A stretch of 53,852 bases of DNA, counting the filler, from Stramenopiles sp. TOSAG23-3 (taxonomy: Eukaryota): NCBI GenBank assembly GCA_900128585.1. It is 4 parts of 4 records of this genome, joined end to end, with 100 filler letters (N's around TTAATTAATTAA, not from the genome) between each part and the next. Parts side by side here need not be neighbours in the genome. Positions count along the whole stretch, not along the records: positions 49,686 to 51,719 come from LT645139.1; positions 51,820 to 53,852 come from LT645140.1; 2 more parts are not named here. One strand, given 5' to 3'. This document shows positions 50,545 to 53,852 of the stretch, one piece after another. The notes beneath the pieces were generated by a model that did no database searches, was not told where the DNA came from, and was given only the letters and a program-made list of their open reading frames with translations. A program made the translations under genes and the position numbers. Numbering within the stretch: the stretch's first letter is position 1; each line of letters opens with the position of its first letter.

Positions 50545-51719
50545 ATGGCTTCGTTGGCGAAAGGGGCACGGGCTCCGAAATGTGATCCTACGTCGTTTAA
50601 AGCGCCGAAATGCGCAAGTGTAGCTCCGAATTACGAAAAGATAATTCCAAAAACGGGAAAAAATAAAGGAAATGTCGTAGTGTCGGTTATGATGCCATTA
50701 TTGAAATCGGCTGGGGACGTCGTTCTTGACGTGTCGGACAGAACGTTCGTTTTAACAGCACCGTTTCCCGAGGGAGAAGGAAAGTATAGACTAGATTTTA
50801 AACTTGAAGAAATTGTCGACCCGAATTGTGCAGCCGCGAAATGGTCGAAACGAAAAAGTACGTTAGTCGTCGCGTTGCCGATAGTAAAAGATCCCGAAAG
50901 TGCTGCGGTGGAAGAAGACCCAATTGAAGAGGCCTTTCTCACGTCGCCACTGTCAAGCGTGGACGTTTCTCAGGATGGCCGTGGTCTCGTGGGCACGCCG
51001 TCGGAGGCAGTGGCGGGGGCGGTGGCCCCGGCTAAAGACGATGGCGCAATTGGAGGTAGGAAGTTAGTGTACGATGAAACATTTGGGGTCATCGATAAAT
51101 CAATATTAGTCCAATGGGAAAAGTCAAATTCTCCGTCCAAAACTCCGGGCAAGAAGAGAGCCCTTCCTCCCGTGCGAAATTCTCCCAGAAATAATATAGT
51201 CAATAGCCCCTCTGACGAGTTTTGTGTATCTTTTGGCAGCGAGGAAAACATGCCCACCGTAGCGAGCATGGAGATCGATGACGATGACAGCCCCGACAAC
51301 GAGCCGACGGAAAACGCAGGGGACGCCGCGGGCAAGCGCAAGAAGAAGAAGAAAAAGAAGCCACGGTCGAGGCGGCGGACAGACACTGAAGGAAGCTTCA
51401 GTGAAGATGGTGGCGAGGGAAGACTGCCCGTCTCTCCCACCATGGTCCGGGCAGAGAAAGATAGTGAACCGGGAACTGACGCGCTTAACTCCACCCCCCC
51501 GTTTACGATACCGCCAACGATTTTGTCTCCGTCCGAAGTTGAGCGGCAAGAAACCTCCAGAATGATGGTCAACTTGGATGGTTCCATAGTGGCGCAGGGC
51601 AACAACTCTACTGCCGCTTCTTCGCTGGAGTCGTCCGAAAGCGCGAAAATACCGAAAGGTACTCCCAAGCCAACATCCAAAAACAAGAAAAAGAAGAGGG
51701 GAAAGAAGAAGGGGGGGGG
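50545..51719 (+). CDS. PIH1-type CS (HSP20-like) domain protein with a long low-complexity tail; 3'-truncated
   Basis: VVSVMMPLLKSAGDVVLDVS..YRLDFKL..VDPNCAAAKWSKRKSTLVVALP; poly-Lys NLS-like tracts; runs into the gap. Confidence 0.72.
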
Positions 51720-51819
51720 NNNNNNNNNNNNNNNNNNNNNNNNNNNNNNNNNNNNNNNNNNNNTTAATTAATTAANNNNNNNNNNNNNNNNNNNNNNNNN
51801 NNNNNNNNNNNNNNNNNNN
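51720..51819. other. Artificial contig linker
   Basis: 44 N + TTAATTAATTAA + 44 N. Confidence 0.98.
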
Positions 51820-52131
51820 AGATAATAATAATACTGTTTTTATCTGTACCGGTACCGGTAGTAGCTACACAGCATCTACCAATATAATTAAATTTACACA
51901 TTCTTCTTCGTTCTTCATCAGTCGGTTTGTTTAGTAGGGACGAATGAAACACTTGAAGTTTCTGTTTGGATGTTTGGATACAGAACGTTTGGAAAACGGT
52001 TTTCGAGTTTTGAGACTTAGCATTTATTAATTTGGTGATTATGCATCCTATAATTTAGAACCCAGACTTTTATTGAAAGTACAGACAACTCCGAAATTTA
52101 TCTACACAAACTTGTCCAGACATAATACAGT

Positions 52132-53328
52132 ATGTTCACGAAAACGTTCTTCTTCGTCTTGGTGTGCTCTCTTTGCCTGCTGAACTCACCCGCCCTGGCA
52201 GCTAGTGGGTGGAAGAAAAGTGGCATTACACACTCGGTTGTGCTCGGTGCTGCTGCACCATCCAAATCTGTTGCATTCTTTGGTGGAGCAGACAACGGGG
52301 CAGGCGCCGAAGCGTTCGTCACAACAGACGGTGGTGCCAACTTTGTCACTTCGACTCCGGGAGGGTTTTCCTACTTCGACGTTGGAGCAACCGATACGCA
52401 AACTGCCGTTCTCTCTGGATTTTTAGGCGGGAAACGAACGAGCGACCAAGGGAAAACGTGGGAGTCCATTTTATCCCCATTGTCGCAGTGCCAGTCTGTT
52501 GAAAAAATGGCAGGAAAAACTGATGCGATAGGCATGGCCGGGCACTCTGGTGAAAACAACGGTGTTGCAACCAGTGAGGACGGAGGTAAGTCTTGGTCTT
52601 TCCACAAAGCCTCTCCTGGTCTCAATTTCACAAATGGCGAGCATGCCCGTTACGCTGCATACCCGAGTGCTGACGTTTGGTATGTTTCCGGCGGAATGTG
52701 GAGCAGATCATACGAGGAGAAAATTCTGAAGAAGCACGCTTGTTCAAAAGGACCAGAAAACAATGACCGTGGAACGGTCCATCATCTCCTGACTGATCGC
52801 ATTGGGCTCTGCTCGGGCGGTGGGTACGAGATTCTTCCCCATGTCGTCGAAGAAGGTGATGGGGACGGCTATGTGGCCGCGATCGCTAAAACCGTGGATG
52901 GTGGAAAAACTTTCACCAACGTGTTTCGAAGCGCTGGAAAGTTCTACATGAATGGGATCCATTGCGCAAGCGAAGACCATTGCATTGCTGTCGCAGAGGG
53001 ACACAACGTCCCACAACCGGGAACCTTCATTGTCGTCACTCATGATGGAGGGAAAAATTGGAATGTGACAAAGGTTGGTGGACCCAGGGACACTTTGATG
53101 GCCTCCAGAGACATCGATGGAAAAGAAGGATGGGCTCTAGGTGGAGTGCTAGCCATTGACATGGAATTGCGCGCATGGCACACCCTGAACGGTGGCACGT
53201 CGTTTACCAACGATGGTGCTGGCGTAAAAGGTATTACGGTATTGTCAGCGGACTTCGCATCAAGTGACGCCGGGTACGCCGCGTGCGTGACACCAGCATC
53301 GACCAGCACTATGGCGTTTTACAACTAA
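52132..53328 (+). CDS. Secreted BNR/Asp-box beta-propeller protein (Ycf48/sialidase-like fold)
   Basis: Signal peptide; Asp-boxes TTDGGANF, TSDQGKTW, SEDGGKSW, TVDGGKTF, THDGGKNW, TLNGGTSF. Confidence 0.88.
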   Translation: MFTKTFFFVLVCSLCLLNSPALAASGWKKSGITHSVVLGAAAPSKSVAFFGGADNGAGAEAFVTTDGGANFVTSTPGGFSYFDVGATDTQTAVLSGFLGGKRTSDQGKTWESILSPLSQCQSVEKMAGKTDAIGMAGHSGENNGVATSEDGGKSWSFHKASPGLNFTNGEHARYAAYPSADVWYVSGGMWSRSYEEKILKKHACSKGPENNDRGTVHHLLTDRIGLCSGGGYEILPHVVEEGDGDGYVAAIAKTVDGGKTFTNVFRSAGKFYMNGIHCASEDHCIAVAEGHNVPQPGTFIVVTHDGGKNWNVTKVGGPRDTLMASRDIDGKEGWALGGVLAIDMELRAWHTLNGGTSFTNDGAGVKGITVLSADFASSDAGYAACVTPASTSTMAFYN

Positions 53329-53852
53329 GGGACTTTGTCCCACCGATGAAAACAACGATTGATTTGTTGGTTAGCATGGATGTTGTAAAAGTACATCATT
53401 TTAAATTAAAAATAAAGACGACGCACAACGCAAACAACTATGCCTTCTCGGCATTATTGCCAAATATACGAGTACATCTGGAAGTAAAGTGTAACATGCT
53501 ACGACGTACGAAATGAATATCACACGCTTTTGCGAATCAAAGGTTAAGACTGGCGTTTTCCGTGTCCGAAAGATACGTGCACCTGGTATTTATGCTTCAT
53601 TGTAGTCTAAAAAGACTTTGATAGATTAGGGCTACTCGTAGTTATAATTTTATAATTTTATTTGGAATACAATCAGAGTACCGGTACTATTATAGGAGAA
53701 TGTATTGTATTCCATATACAGCTTTGTCGCGAATAACATATTTTTACCCTCCTCCTTCAGTTTTGCTTTTGATGTATAAAACAAGTTTTTTTTATTTTAT
53801 TCATTCATCAACCATTGCGGGTATATAACAATGCGTGGTCTTTCTTCATATA

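Noticed and set aside
24747-51819. TTAATTAATTAA palindrome recurring three times
   Set aside because: Each copy is flanked by exactly 44 N on both sides, so it is a synthetic six-frame-stop linker. Gene adjacency across these points has no meaning.
1-53852. tRNA, rRNA, CRISPR arrays, transposases, alternative genetic code
   Set aside because: None recognised by eye, and long conserved ORFs translate cleanly with the standard code. A covariance-model search was not possible.

Overview
Eukaryotic genomic DNA made of four contigs joined by artificial 100-bp linkers (44 N + TTAATTAATTAA + 44 N): 1-24746, 24847-49585, 49686-51719 and 51820-53852. Genes are compact and apparently intronless, and they sit between very AT-rich spacers rich in GAA/TTTC microsatellites. 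This looks like a heterotrophic protist, probably a stramenopile (inference only). Recognisable genes: a giant HERC-type E3 ligase, peroxisomal ECH1, a CRTAC1/ASPIC-UnbV FG-GAP protein, MOB4/phocein, V-ATPase subunit a, two ankyrin proteins, a secreted methyltransferase, an aldo-keto reductase, a membrane-anchored bacterial-type lipase, EBP2, HMG-CoA reductase, a SAM/EF-hand protein, a PIH1-CS protein and a BNR beta-propeller protein. Best novelty leads: (1) four adjacent orphan secreted-protein genes (10.6-16.0 kb), centred on two convergent coiled-coil proteins that align by eye as distant paralogues and could be an extrusome-matrix-like or two-component system; (2) a two-motif module (GGTACCTGG and TAGACGACTAT, 62-73 bp apart) in three divergent intergenic regions; (3) an HMG-CoA reductase with no membrane domain and a mitochondrial-type presequence; (4) two genes broken by +1 frameshifts, one a Cys-to-Ser pseudophosphatase. 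All family calls come from motif recognition, not database searches.
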